Shown here in pieces: positions 56,116 through 64,000 of a stretch of DNA of 64,000 nt. Under the pieces are notes generated by a model. It made no database searches, had not been told where the DNA came from, and saw nothing but the letters and a program-made list of their open reading frames with translations. The number at the start of each line of letters is the position of its first letter. Position 1 is the stretch's first letter. Both the position numbers and the translations under genes were made by a program. The DNA comes from an uncultured Alphaproteobacteria bacterium (GTDB lineage Bacteria; Pseudomonadota; Alphaproteobacteria; Rs-D84): contig CALXMY010000002.1 in the NCBI GenBank assembly GCA_944389595.1, positions 150,338 to 214,337 of the forward strand. The letters run 5' to 3'.

Positions 56116-57540
56116 TTATACCACTTCTGTATGAAAATGGGCATATATTTTTTTTGCGGCCGATTTGCCCAAGCCTGGTACGCGCATCAGTGCATCCAGA
56201 TTTGCATCTGTAATTGCGCGGACCGAACCAAAATGGTTTAACAATGCGCGTTTGCGCGTTGGGCCAATGCCATCAATTTCATCCAGTACCGATGATGTCA
56301 TTTGTTTCGCGCGCACGGTGCGATGAAATGTGATAACAAAACGGTGCGCTTCGTCACGTACGGCGCGTAATAATAAAAACAGGCGTGAATCCTTTGGTAT
56401 GTCACGACATACGGTGGAATCGGGCATAATAAAATGTTCGTCGCCATCGCGAACTTCGCCCTTGGTTACGCCCAATATTGGTATATCGGGTGCTGTTTTA
56501 TGGGCAATGTTCCATTGGGCGGGGCCACCATCAACAATTAATAAATCCAATTTTGGGCCACGTGCGGTTGCGCGCTGTACAAATTCGGCCATCATTGCAA
56601 TGTCGTTGCCGGCACGTGCCGCATCGCGCAGTTTGAAATGACGGTATCCGGATTTTATAAATCCATCGTGACCAAATGTTATCATTGCACCAACAGGATT
56701 TCGCCCGAACAGGTGCGAATTGTCAAATACACCCGCCATTTCAATTTTTATGCCCAACCATTTTTCCAAATCGGCCACTGCGTCGGTCCAATTGAAATTT
56801 GCGCTGTGTGCACGATTCCGCCGTATACCGCGTGTTGATGTTTGGGTTAATGCGGCAATTTTATCACGAATGATTGCGGCCGATTCAAAATCCATCATGT
56901 CGGAAAATTTTTTCATTTGTTTGGTTAAATCGGCAATAATAGGTTCGCTGTCACCGGTCAATATTCGTCGTGCCAACGCGACGTTTTCGGCATAATTGTT
57001 TTGTTGAATTGTGCATGGCGCGCTGCATCGGCCAATTTGATATAATAAACATGGTCGGGTGCGATTGCGCATAAATGTATCCGTGCATGTGCGCAGACGA
57101 CATACCTTTTGAATTGTTTTTATTGTTTCGTTTAGTGCGGTGACCGATGGGTATGGACCGTATACATCGCGACGTTGTGATATTTTACCACGAAATTTTA
57201 ACAGGCGCGGGAATTCTGATTGGGTTAATGCAATCATAGGGTACATTTTCCCATCAGTTAACATAATGTTATATTTTGGTTTTAGTGTCTTGATTAATTT
57301 TTGTTCCAAAATCAGTGCATCAGATTCTGTTGGTGTTATTTCCCATTCGACACGTGTGACCAATGTGCGCATAACCTGTTTGTGGGGTTCCAGCTTTGAT
57401 ATATCCATGTATTGTTTTAGCCGATTGGACAGATTTTTAGCCTTGCCCACGTATAACAGAACCCCGTCCGCGTCATACATTTTATAGACACCGGGGGCAT
57501 TAGGACTGTTTTCAATTAAATCAGAAAATTGAATATTCAT
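56116..57540 (-). CDS. uvrC: Excinuclease ABC subunit C-like protein (short, approx 474 aa)
   Basis: GIY-YIG N-terminus GVYKMYDADGVLLYVGKAKNLSNRLKQY; RNase H-like/endonuclease V region; C-terminal (HhH)2 GIGPTRKRALLNHFGS. Confidence 0.65.
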   Translation of the reverse strand: MNIQFSDLIENSPNAPGVYKMYDADGVLLYVGKAKNLSNRLKQYMDISKLEPHKQVMRTLVTRVEWEITPTESDALILEQKLIKTLKPKYNIMLTDGKMYPMIALTQSEFPRLLKFRGKISQRRDVYGPYPSVTALNETIKTIQKVCRLRTCTDTFMRNRTRPCLLYQIGRCSAPCTIQQNNYAENVALARRILTGDSEPIIADLTKQMKKFSDMMDFESAAIIRDKIAALTQTSTRGIRRNRAHSANFNWTDAVADLEKWLGIKIEMAGVFDNSHLFGRNPVGAMITFGHDGFIKSGYRHFKLRDAARAGNDIAMMAEFVQRATARGPKLDLLIVDGGPAQWNIAHKTAPDIPILGVTKGEVRDGDEHFIMPDSTVCRDIPKDSRLFLLLRAVRDEAHRFVITFHRTVRAKQMTSSVLDEIDGIGPTRKRALLNHFGSVRAITDANLDALMRVPGLGKSAAKKIYAHFHTEVV

Positions 57541-57591
57541 GATATTTATGATAAAATATAAAAAAACAAATAGCAAATAGAGGTTAAAAAT

Positions 57592-58056
57592 ATGAAATAT
57601 GAATCTGGACGTTCAATGATTGAAATGATGGGTGTTTTGGCCATTATGGGGGTTATTACCGTTGCCGCAATTGCCGCAATTTCCAGCGCGATGAATATAC
57701 AAAAGCGTAACGAGGTTAATGACCAGGTTTTACAAATGGTGACCCAGGTACGTCAACTGTTCACGGAATATGACGATTTTTCAAACATAAATAGTGCGAC
57801 TATATTTGGTGCAATTGGAATGTCTAATCAAAATCCGTATGGTGGAACATATGAAATATCTGTGAATCCGGCTGATACGCGGCAATTTGTTGTTTCAATA
57901 ACGGGGTTGTCGCAATCTGATTGTGAACATTTTGTAATCAAGGGATGGAATGGTTCGGTCGGTTATGAAATGTCGGGGCATACACAAAGTGGTGCCAGCG
58001 GCACATGTACAAATCCAAATGGGCAAAATGTTGTCCAAATAACATATGGCGAATAA
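57592..58056 (+). CDS. Type IV pilin / pseudopilin-like protein (prepilin-type N-terminal cleavage/methylation domain)
   Basis: MKYESG|RSMIEMMGVLAIMGVITVAAIAA: class III signal with Gly(-1), Glu(+5) and hydrophobic alpha1-N helix. Confidence 0.6.
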   Translation: MKYESGRSMIEMMGVLAIMGVITVAAIAAISSAMNIQKRNEVNDQVLQMVTQVRQLFTEYDDFSNINSATIFGAIGMSNQNPYGGTYEISVNPADTRQFVVSITGLSQSDCEHFVIKGWNGSVGYEMSGHTQSGASGTCTNPNGQNVVQITYGE

Positions 58057-58073
58057 TTCCACGGGTGGTTGCT

Positions 58074-59045
58074 ATGGCGGAAATGATAGAAGTTCCCAAA
58101 ACCGAGGATGGAACGCGGTTGTTGCGTTGGTTTTTGCGGAGATATCCCGCCATGCCCCAGCGTGAATTTTATAAATTATGTCGCGGTGGGCAAATTCGTG
58201 TAAATTCATCACGTGCGCAAGGTCAGGAAATTTTACGTGCCGGTGATGTTGTACGTGTGCCACCAACGTTGGGCAGTTATTCGGACGTGCCGGGTAAAAA
58301 AACAGAAAACGGCGCGCACTTTTCATTGGCCGATTTGGAATCCTTGCGTCAAAGTATTATACACAATGATGATGATATTGTTGTGTTTAATAAACCGGCC
58401 GGTTTGGCGGTCCAGGGTGGAACGGGTATACGCAAGTCTGTTGATAAAATGGCGGCGGCATTATTCCCGTATGATAAAGTTTCATTGGTTCATCGATTGG
58501 ATAGGGAAACAAGCGGTGTTTTGGTCGTTGCAAAAAATCAGCGTACTGCCCAGGAATTATCCAATGAATTTCAAAATAAAACTGCGCACAAGGAATATTT
58601 GGCGTTATTAAATGGTGATGTTCGGCCACAATATGGTGTGATTGATAATTATATGATAAAAGGCCAGGTTTTTGACAGTCCAAATCGGTTAAATGATGGC
58701 ACGGGTCAGCGGCCCCAGCGGGCAATTACGGAATATCGTGTATTGTCAACGGCCGGTGGGCATTTGTCGTGGGTGTTGTTTTCACCAAAAACTGGGCGTA
58801 CACACCAATTACGAATACACAGTGCATTATCACTGCATGCGCCAATTGTTGGCGATGATATTTATGGACGGGAACGTAAATTGGACGGAATGTTGCGTTC
58901 AATGTTATCAACAAATAACTTGTTTTTATTGGCGTATAGGTTAACATTCAGGCACCCCGGCAGCGGCAAAATGATGACATTTTGTGCGCCTGTGCCGGAT
59001 TTTATGCAGCCGGTATTAAAATTTTTGGAATTTAAATTGCCGTAA
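58074..59045 (+). CDS. RluA-family 23S rRNA pseudouridine synthase (RluC/RluD-like)
   Basis: S4 domain plus catalytic HRLDRETSGVLVVAKN motif. Confidence 0.8.
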   Translation: MAEMIEVPKTEDGTRLLRWFLRRYPAMPQREFYKLCRGGQIRVNSSRAQGQEILRAGDVVRVPPTLGSYSDVPGKKTENGAHFSLADLESLRQSIIHNDDDIVVFNKPAGLAVQGGTGIRKSVDKMAAALFPYDKVSLVHRLDRETSGVLVVAKNQRTAQELSNEFQNKTAHKEYLALLNGDVRPQYGVIDNYMIKGQVFDSPNRLNDGTGQRPQRAITEYRVLSTAGGHLSWVLFSPKTGRTHQLRIHSALSLHAPIVGDDIYGRERKLDGMLRSMLSTNNLFLLAYRLTFRHPGSGKMMTFCAPVPDFMQPVLKFLEFKLP

Positions 59046-59062
59046 AATTTAGTGATGAAAAA

Positions 59063-61162
59063 ATGGTTAAGAAAAAAAAGAAAAAGGGTACTTTTTTTAA
59101 AATAATGCGCGTTTTGGTCCTGTTTGTAATGGGACTGGTTGTGGCGGTGGTAATAGCGTTATCACAGATAAATTTGGAATCGTTGCGCAGCAGTTTGGTG
59201 GCGGTTTTACAGGATGCCACAGGTTTACCCGTGGAAATAGATGGGGCCGTGTCATGGAAATTATCGTTGCGCCCCCAGGTTGAGTTAAATCAGGTGCGTG
59301 TGGCAAATGCCGCGTGGGCAAAAAACAAGGATGGTTTTGTAGCAAAAAAAATAGATGTGACATTGGATTTGTTTTCACTGTTTCAGGCCAGACCAACAAT
59401 TCAAAATATAAAAATTTATGACGCAATTATTAATATGGAAAAAAATTTGGATGGCGATTTTTCCATGATGTCAAATATTATGCGCAGTATAAAATCCGAC
59501 AGTACGACAAAGGAAAAGCACGCTGTGCCGGATGATTTCCCGTTTGCAGATCCGGGGTTGGGCGGTTTGGAAATTCAAAATTTAAAGATAAATTTAGTGG
59601 ATGCATCATATGCAATTGATGGATTTCAAATTCGATATATGTCGCATGATGACAGTCGCGAATACAGCGGATGGATAAAAAATGATGGTAAATTATTTCC
59701 ATTTATTTTGGTGTTTTCAGAATACAATTCTGAACGTCGTGTATATCCAATGCGCATTGCGTTTGCCACCAGTGGCGATGCATTGATTGCAAATGTTGCA
59801 TTGGAAGGCACCAGTAAAGCCCCAATAGATTTTATTATCAAGGGCGATATTCCTGATATTGCCGAAATTGGGAAAATATTTAATATGGATTTGGAACCTA
59901 TGCCGACAATGAGTGTTAATATTGCCGGTGGATACGATTGGCAAAAATTATCGTTGCGAAGTTCGTCAATTACCGTACGTGGAAATAAATTGGCGTTTTC
60001 AGGGGTTGTTGATTGGTCGGGCGATTTACCAATTTTAACCGCTACATTTGAATCAAAATATATTAATTTGTCTGAATTATTTCCGGACTTATATGATGGA
60101 AATTGGACGCGGCCAAACAGGGATTTAAACGTATTCAAAGATATTCCATTATTTGGTGATGAATTTTTAAAATTTAATGCCGATGTGCATATTATGCTGG
60201 ATGATTTTATTGTATACCGTAATTTTAATTTAAAAGATACTGATGTTACATTAAATTTAAAAAATGGATATGCACGGGTTGATGCATCAATGGTGATTGC
60301 CGGTGGTGCAACGCGCGTGGGGGCAAATATAAATATTGCCAGTGATGGTAAAATGTATGCACGTGTTGGCGGTGTTGGGCGCGGTTTGGTAATAGGGCAA
60401 TTGTTGGATGAAATAAATGTTAAAAATTTGATTTCGGAATTGCCGGTGAATTTTGATATGTATGTCGAGGCCGAGGGCAACAATTTATCTGAATGGATGC
60501 AAACAATAACGGGGCCAGTGCGCGCGTATTCTGATGCACCGGGGTATGCGCATTCGGCATTAGTATCAAATATATATGGTACAGATTTCCTGACCACATT
60601 GCGCCATAGCATCCAGGATTTATTTAGTTCCGAAAAGAAATATAATCAAATGAAAATATCGTGTGTATCGGTAAATACTAAATTACGTAATGGATTAATT
60701 GAAACTGAAAATGGGGTGGCGATTGAAACAAACGCCATAAATGTCAGATTGGCGGGCGATTTGGATTTGGGACGCGAAACTATTCAGTTATCTTTGACAA
60801 CGGTTCCTGTTCGTGGATTAAAATTATCATTAACCGGCAATGTTGTAAATTCAATTGAAATTACCCAAAATTTGGCAGAGCCAACCATCCAAATCAGCGG
60901 TGCCGCCGTCGCAGGCAAGGTTGCATCAGCAACCGGTATAGGTTTGTTATTGGCACCATTTACCGGTGGAATTGGGTTGGTTGCCGGGGCCGGGGTCGGA
61001 TTGTTGGCGGGCGATTTATTGGAAAATTGGCTGGCCGATGATAAACCATGTGAAACGGCATTGTCACGTGGTGCGCCGTCGCGCCCAGATGACCCCGAAT
61101 GGATGGATATGCCGGTGACAGATTTGGCGGAATCAATAATAAATCCAAACGTCCGGGAATAA
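59063..61162 (+). CDS. AsmA family protein
   Basis: N-terminal TM anchor then ...LSLRPQVELNQVRVANAAW AsmA-like start; approx 700 aa. Confidence 0.6.
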   Translation: MVKKKKKKGTFFKIMRVLVLFVMGLVVAVVIALSQINLESLRSSLVAVLQDATGLPVEIDGAVSWKLSLRPQVELNQVRVANAAWAKNKDGFVAKKIDVTLDLFSLFQARPTIQNIKIYDAIINMEKNLDGDFSMMSNIMRSIKSDSTTKEKHAVPDDFPFADPGLGGLEIQNLKINLVDASYAIDGFQIRYMSHDDSREYSGWIKNDGKLFPFILVFSEYNSERRVYPMRIAFATSGDALIANVALEGTSKAPIDFIIKGDIPDIAEIGKIFNMDLEPMPTMSVNIAGGYDWQKLSLRSSSITVRGNKLAFSGVVDWSGDLPILTATFESKYINLSELFPDLYDGNWTRPNRDLNVFKDIPLFGDEFLKFNADVHIMLDDFIVYRNFNLKDTDVTLNLKNGYARVDASMVIAGGATRVGANINIASDGKMYARVGGVGRGLVIGQLLDEINVKNLISELPVNFDMYVEAEGNNLSEWMQTITGPVRAYSDAPGYAHSALVSNIYGTDFLTTLRHSIQDLFSSEKKYNQMKISCVSVNTKLRNGLIETENGVAIETNAINVRLAGDLDLGRETIQLSLTTVPVRGLKLSLTGNVVNSIEITQNLAEPTIQISGAAVAGKVASATGIGLLLAPFTGGIGLVAGAGVGLLAGDLLENWLADDKPCETALSRGAPSRPDDPEWMDMPVTDLAESIINPNVRE

Positions 61163-61290
61163 ATATACTTTTTGATATTTTTGTATATGGTGCAAATGAT
61201 ATGAATAACCCTTGCACCGAATCGGCATTTTTTGATAAACTGATTCAGAAAAGGATGTAGGGACGAAAATATTTATAACAGGAGCACATT

Positions 61291-62409
61291 ATGGAATTTT
61301 CAGTATTTCGTCAGGTTTTAATTCGTGCGCTGGGGCATATGCAGTCTATTGTTGAAAAACGTGCGACTTTACCGATACTGGTTAATGTAAAGATAGAGGT
61401 TGCCGATGATTTAATTTTGTCGGCGACAAATGTTGATTTGGAATTGGTTGAACATGTCGCGGCTGATATTACGTTGGGCGGTAAAACAACTGTCCCGGTT
61501 CAGATGTTATACGATATTGTTCGCAAATTGCCGGATGATGCCGAAATTTCGTTCAAGCAATCGGGTGATCAATTGGTTGTTTCCAGTGGTCGTGCTGTAT
61601 TTCATTTGCCAACATTGCCGGCCGAAAATTTCCCGGCGATGGCGGGCAGTAATTTGACCACAAAATTCCAAATGACAACGGGCGATTTGGCGCATTTGAT
61701 TAATCAAACCAAGTTTGCAATTCCGACCGATGATGTGCGCTATCATTTGGGGGGAATTTATTTCCATATATCTGACGAGGGCAAGGAAAAAATGTTAACT
61801 GCGGTTGCAACCGATGCCCAGCGTATGGCATTGTGCGCAATGCCGGCCCCCGCGGGCAGTGCGGAAATGCCGGCCGTGATTTTGCCGCGTCGTGTTATTG
61901 GTGAATTGTCTAAATTATTAGAGGATGCGACCGTTGATGATGTGACGGTGGAATTATCAGATACCAAGGCACGTTTTACCGTTGGGGCCGCAACATTAAC
62001 CAGTAAATTGGTTGATGCGCAATATCCAAATTATCGCGTTGTTATTCCAAAGGGTAACGATAAAATCGCAATATTGGACAGAAAGCAATTTTTAAACGCT
62101 GTGGATTTGGTATCGGTGGCCAGTGTTGATAAAACTAAATCGGTGCAACTGACATTTTCAATGAATAAATTGGTTGTTAATGCATCCAGTCCGGATGCCG
62201 GAACTGCAACCCAGGAATTAGATGTCGAATACAATGGTGACAGTTCGTTTACCGTTGTGTTTAATGTTAAATTCTTGATGGATGTTGCCGGCCAGGTCGA
62301 AGGTGAAAAATTCCAAATGGAAATGCAGGATCCTTTATCGCCAACAATTATTAAGTCGACCGATAAAAATACCGACGCGTTGTTTGTTTTAATGCCAATG
62401 CGTATGTAG
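61291..62409 (+). CDS. dnaN: DNA polymerase III subunit beta
   Basis: Three-domain sliding clamp pattern; MEFSVFRQVLIRALGHMQSIVEKRATLPIL. Confidence 0.85.
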   Translation: MEFSVFRQVLIRALGHMQSIVEKRATLPILVNVKIEVADDLILSATNVDLELVEHVAADITLGGKTTVPVQMLYDIVRKLPDDAEISFKQSGDQLVVSSGRAVFHLPTLPAENFPAMAGSNLTTKFQMTTGDLAHLINQTKFAIPTDDVRYHLGGIYFHISDEGKEKMLTAVATDAQRMALCAMPAPAGSAEMPAVILPRRVIGELSKLLEDATVDDVTVELSDTKARFTVGAATLTSKLVDAQYPNYRVVIPKGNDKIAILDRKQFLNAVDLVSVASVDKTKSVQLTFSMNKLVVNASSPDAGTATQELDVEYNGDSSFTVVFNVKFLMDVAGQVEGEKFQMEMQDPLSPTIIKSTDKNTDALFVLMPMRM

Positions 62410-62423
62410 TGTTTGCGTAAATA

Positions 62424-62454
62424 AAAATCCCCATAATGGGGATTTTTATTTTGC
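62424..62454 (+). terminator. Rho-independent terminator after dnaN
   Basis: aaaaatcccc-ataa-tggggattttt followed by attttg. Confidence 0.7.
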
Positions 62455-62523
62455 CAAATTCGCAATTGTATATTTGTTTTTTTATGTTAATCTGAAATTA
62501 ATTGTAAAAAAGGTTATATAAAA

Positions 62524-63063
62524 ATGATGAATTTAGAAAATATTATTCCAGGTCAGGAACCACCAAAAAAAATGAACGCTATCATAGAAGTCCCAGAAAA
62601 CGGATATGTTAAATATGAAATTGATAAATCAACGGGACTGTTGCGCGTTGACAGAATTTTGCATACACCGATGGCATATCCGGCAAACTATGGATATTTT
62701 CCCGGAACATTGGGTGATGATGGCGACCCGTTGGATTGTGTTGTTGTGTGTAATGCGCCATTAAATCCGGGCGTATTAATCGAGGTTCGGCCCATTGGCG
62801 CATTGTTGATGGAGGATCAATCCGGTGGCGATGAAAAAATTATATGCGTTCCGCGCGATAATATTGATCCATATTATACGCAAACGGAATATATTGAACA
62901 ATTACCGGCAATTTTACGACATAAAATAGAATATTTCTTTCATCACTATAAAGATTTGCAACCAAACGCATGGTCACGGGTAAAGGGCTGGGCCGATCGT
63001 GCGACGGCCGATAAATTGATTATGGACAGTATCGACCGGTATCATAAATGTTCTGCGCAATAA
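62524..63063 (+). CDS. ppa: Inorganic pyrophosphatase (family I)
   Basis: DGDPLDCVVV and IEVPENGYVKYEIDK motifs. Confidence 0.85.
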   Translation: MMNLENIIPGQEPPKKMNAIIEVPENGYVKYEIDKSTGLLRVDRILHTPMAYPANYGYFPGTLGDDGDPLDCVVVCNAPLNPGVLIEVRPIGALLMEDQSGGDEKIICVPRDNIDPYYTQTEYIEQLPAILRHKIEYFFHHYKDLQPNAWSRVKGWADRATADKLIMDSIDRYHKCSAQ

Positions 63064-63126
63064 ATGCTTGCGTTGGGATGATTGAAAATTATAATAAGCA
63101 CATTAAAAAAACCAAGGGGTAAAACA

Positions 63127-63696
63127 ATGGCATCATATATTGCAAATGATATGCGTGTGGGTTGGGTGATTTCGCATAATGGCAAACGTTATTCTGTTAT
63201 GTCTATAACCAAGGTTAAACCGGGCAAGGGCGGCGCATTTGTTCAGGCTGATTTGCGCGATATTGATTCCGGAAACAAGGGAAATGATCGTTGGCGTGCC
63301 GAAGACAAGGTTGAAAAACTGATGGTCGAAGATATCGAATGCCAATATTTATATTCTGATGGCGCAGATGCATATTTTATGAATTTAAATGATTATGAAC
63401 AATTTACAGTGCCGGTCGAATCGTTGGGCGAACAAATGAAATTTTTGGCACCAGAAATGTCAGTTCGTGTAAATTTCGTAGAGGGTCAACCGGTATCGGT
63501 TTCGTTACCAAAAACAGTCATTGCTGTTGTCGAGGAAACAGAACCCGCATTAAAGGGTCAAACGGTTTCCAACAGTGGTGGTAAGCCTGCAATCTTGGAT
63601 AACGGTGTACGTGTTCAGGTGCCTTTGTTCATTGAACAGGGTGAAAAGATAGTGGTAAATACTGAAACCCTGGAATATGTTGAACGGGCTAAATAA
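63127..63696 (+). CDS. efp: Elongation factor P
   Basis: KPGKGGAFV loop and three-domain EF-P pattern. Confidence 0.85.
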   Translation: MASYIANDMRVGWVISHNGKRYSVMSITKVKPGKGGAFVQADLRDIDSGNKGNDRWRAEDKVEKLMVEDIECQYLYSDGADAYFMNLNDYEQFTVPVESLGEQMKFLAPEMSVRVNFVEGQPVSVSLPKTVIAVVEETEPALKGQTVSNSGGKPAILDNGVRVQVPLFIEQGEKIVVNTETLEYVERAK

Positions 63697-63715
63697 ATTA
63701 TAATAATGCATCTAG

Positions 63716-63770
63716 CAACGGGGAATATTGCTCATGTAGCATTGTGTACACTACGCAATATTCCCCGTTG
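63716..63770. repeat. 16-bp perfect inverted repeat (caacggggaatattgc / gcaatattccccgttg) with 23-nt loop between convergent efp and fba
   Basis: Direct reading of sequence; no adjacent T-run. Confidence 0.6.
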
Positions 63771-63789
63771 TTATCTGCATCATTCTAAT

Positions 63790-64000
63790 TTATTTTCCAC
63801 TGTTCATTATATTTTTTATTTCGTTTACACAATTTTCATACATATTATTTTTTGCGGCGGTTAAATATTCGCGTGGGTTAAAAATTTCCGGATTTTGCGC
63901 CAATGATTTGCGTACCCCGGCGGTGAACGCCAGGCGCAGGTCACTGTCCACATTTATTTTGCATATATTTTTTTGTACCGCGCGACGTAATTGGTCGGGG
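63790..64000 (-). CDS. fba: Class II fructose-bisphosphate aldolase, C-terminal part (N-terminus beyond window end)
   Basis: Reverse translation ...KINVDSDLRLAFTAGVRK...NPEIFNPREYL... Confidence 0.6.
   Translation of the reverse strand, partial: PDQLRRAVQKNICKINVDSDLRLAFTAGVRKSLAQNPEIFNPREYLTAAKNNMYENCVNEIKNIMNSGK

Noticed and set aside
1-64000. CRISPR arrays, rRNA operons, insertion sequences or integrase/transposase genes
   Set aside because: Scanned for regularly spaced direct repeats and for transposase or integrase-like ORFs. None were seen. The only repeats are the LysM duplication, the 20-nt tRNA-Lys 3' duplicate and short palindromic terminators.

Overview
64-kb chromosomal segment that reads as an alphaproteobacterial genome, probably from a host-associated or reduced lineage. 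A Ros/MucR regulator, dense coding, roughly 40-45% GC and a strong TTG/GCG/AAA codon bias support that reading. Most of the window is core housekeeping: dnaA, dnaN, parE, dnaJ, thrS, gltX, gatCAB, sufBC and sufS-sufT-sufE, ftsL-ftsI, recJ, tatA and tatBC, lolA, miaB, efp, ppa, rpsT, plsY, uvrC, and tRNA-Lys and tRNA-Phe. Gene order is rearranged relative to canonical operons: dnaA is not followed by dnaN, the ftsL-ftsI pair sits away from the rest of the dcw cluster, the suf system is split, and gatCAB is interrupted. Lineage-specific secreted and surface genes are interleaved: an autotransporter, beta-barrel outer-membrane proteins, Cys-rich and Gly-zipper proteins, an orphan lipoprotein-secretin pair and a lone type IV pilin. 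Candidate novel elements are: (1) a Thr-codon-rich leader peptide with alternative hairpins upstream of thrS; (2) a roughly 180-nt structured leader or sRNA with mutually exclusive CCUCCUGC/GCAGGAGG pairings upstream of a two-gene secreted-protein operon; (3) a four-gene translationally coupled operon containing an SUKH (Smi1/Knr4)-like immunity-type protein and an RHH protein, possibly a toxin-immunity or defence module; (4) a membrane-anchored GH24 lysozyme-TPR protein coupled to mucR; (5) an in-frame ybeY-lnt fusion; (6) a transcribed tRNA-Lys 3'-half mimic bracketed by terminators.
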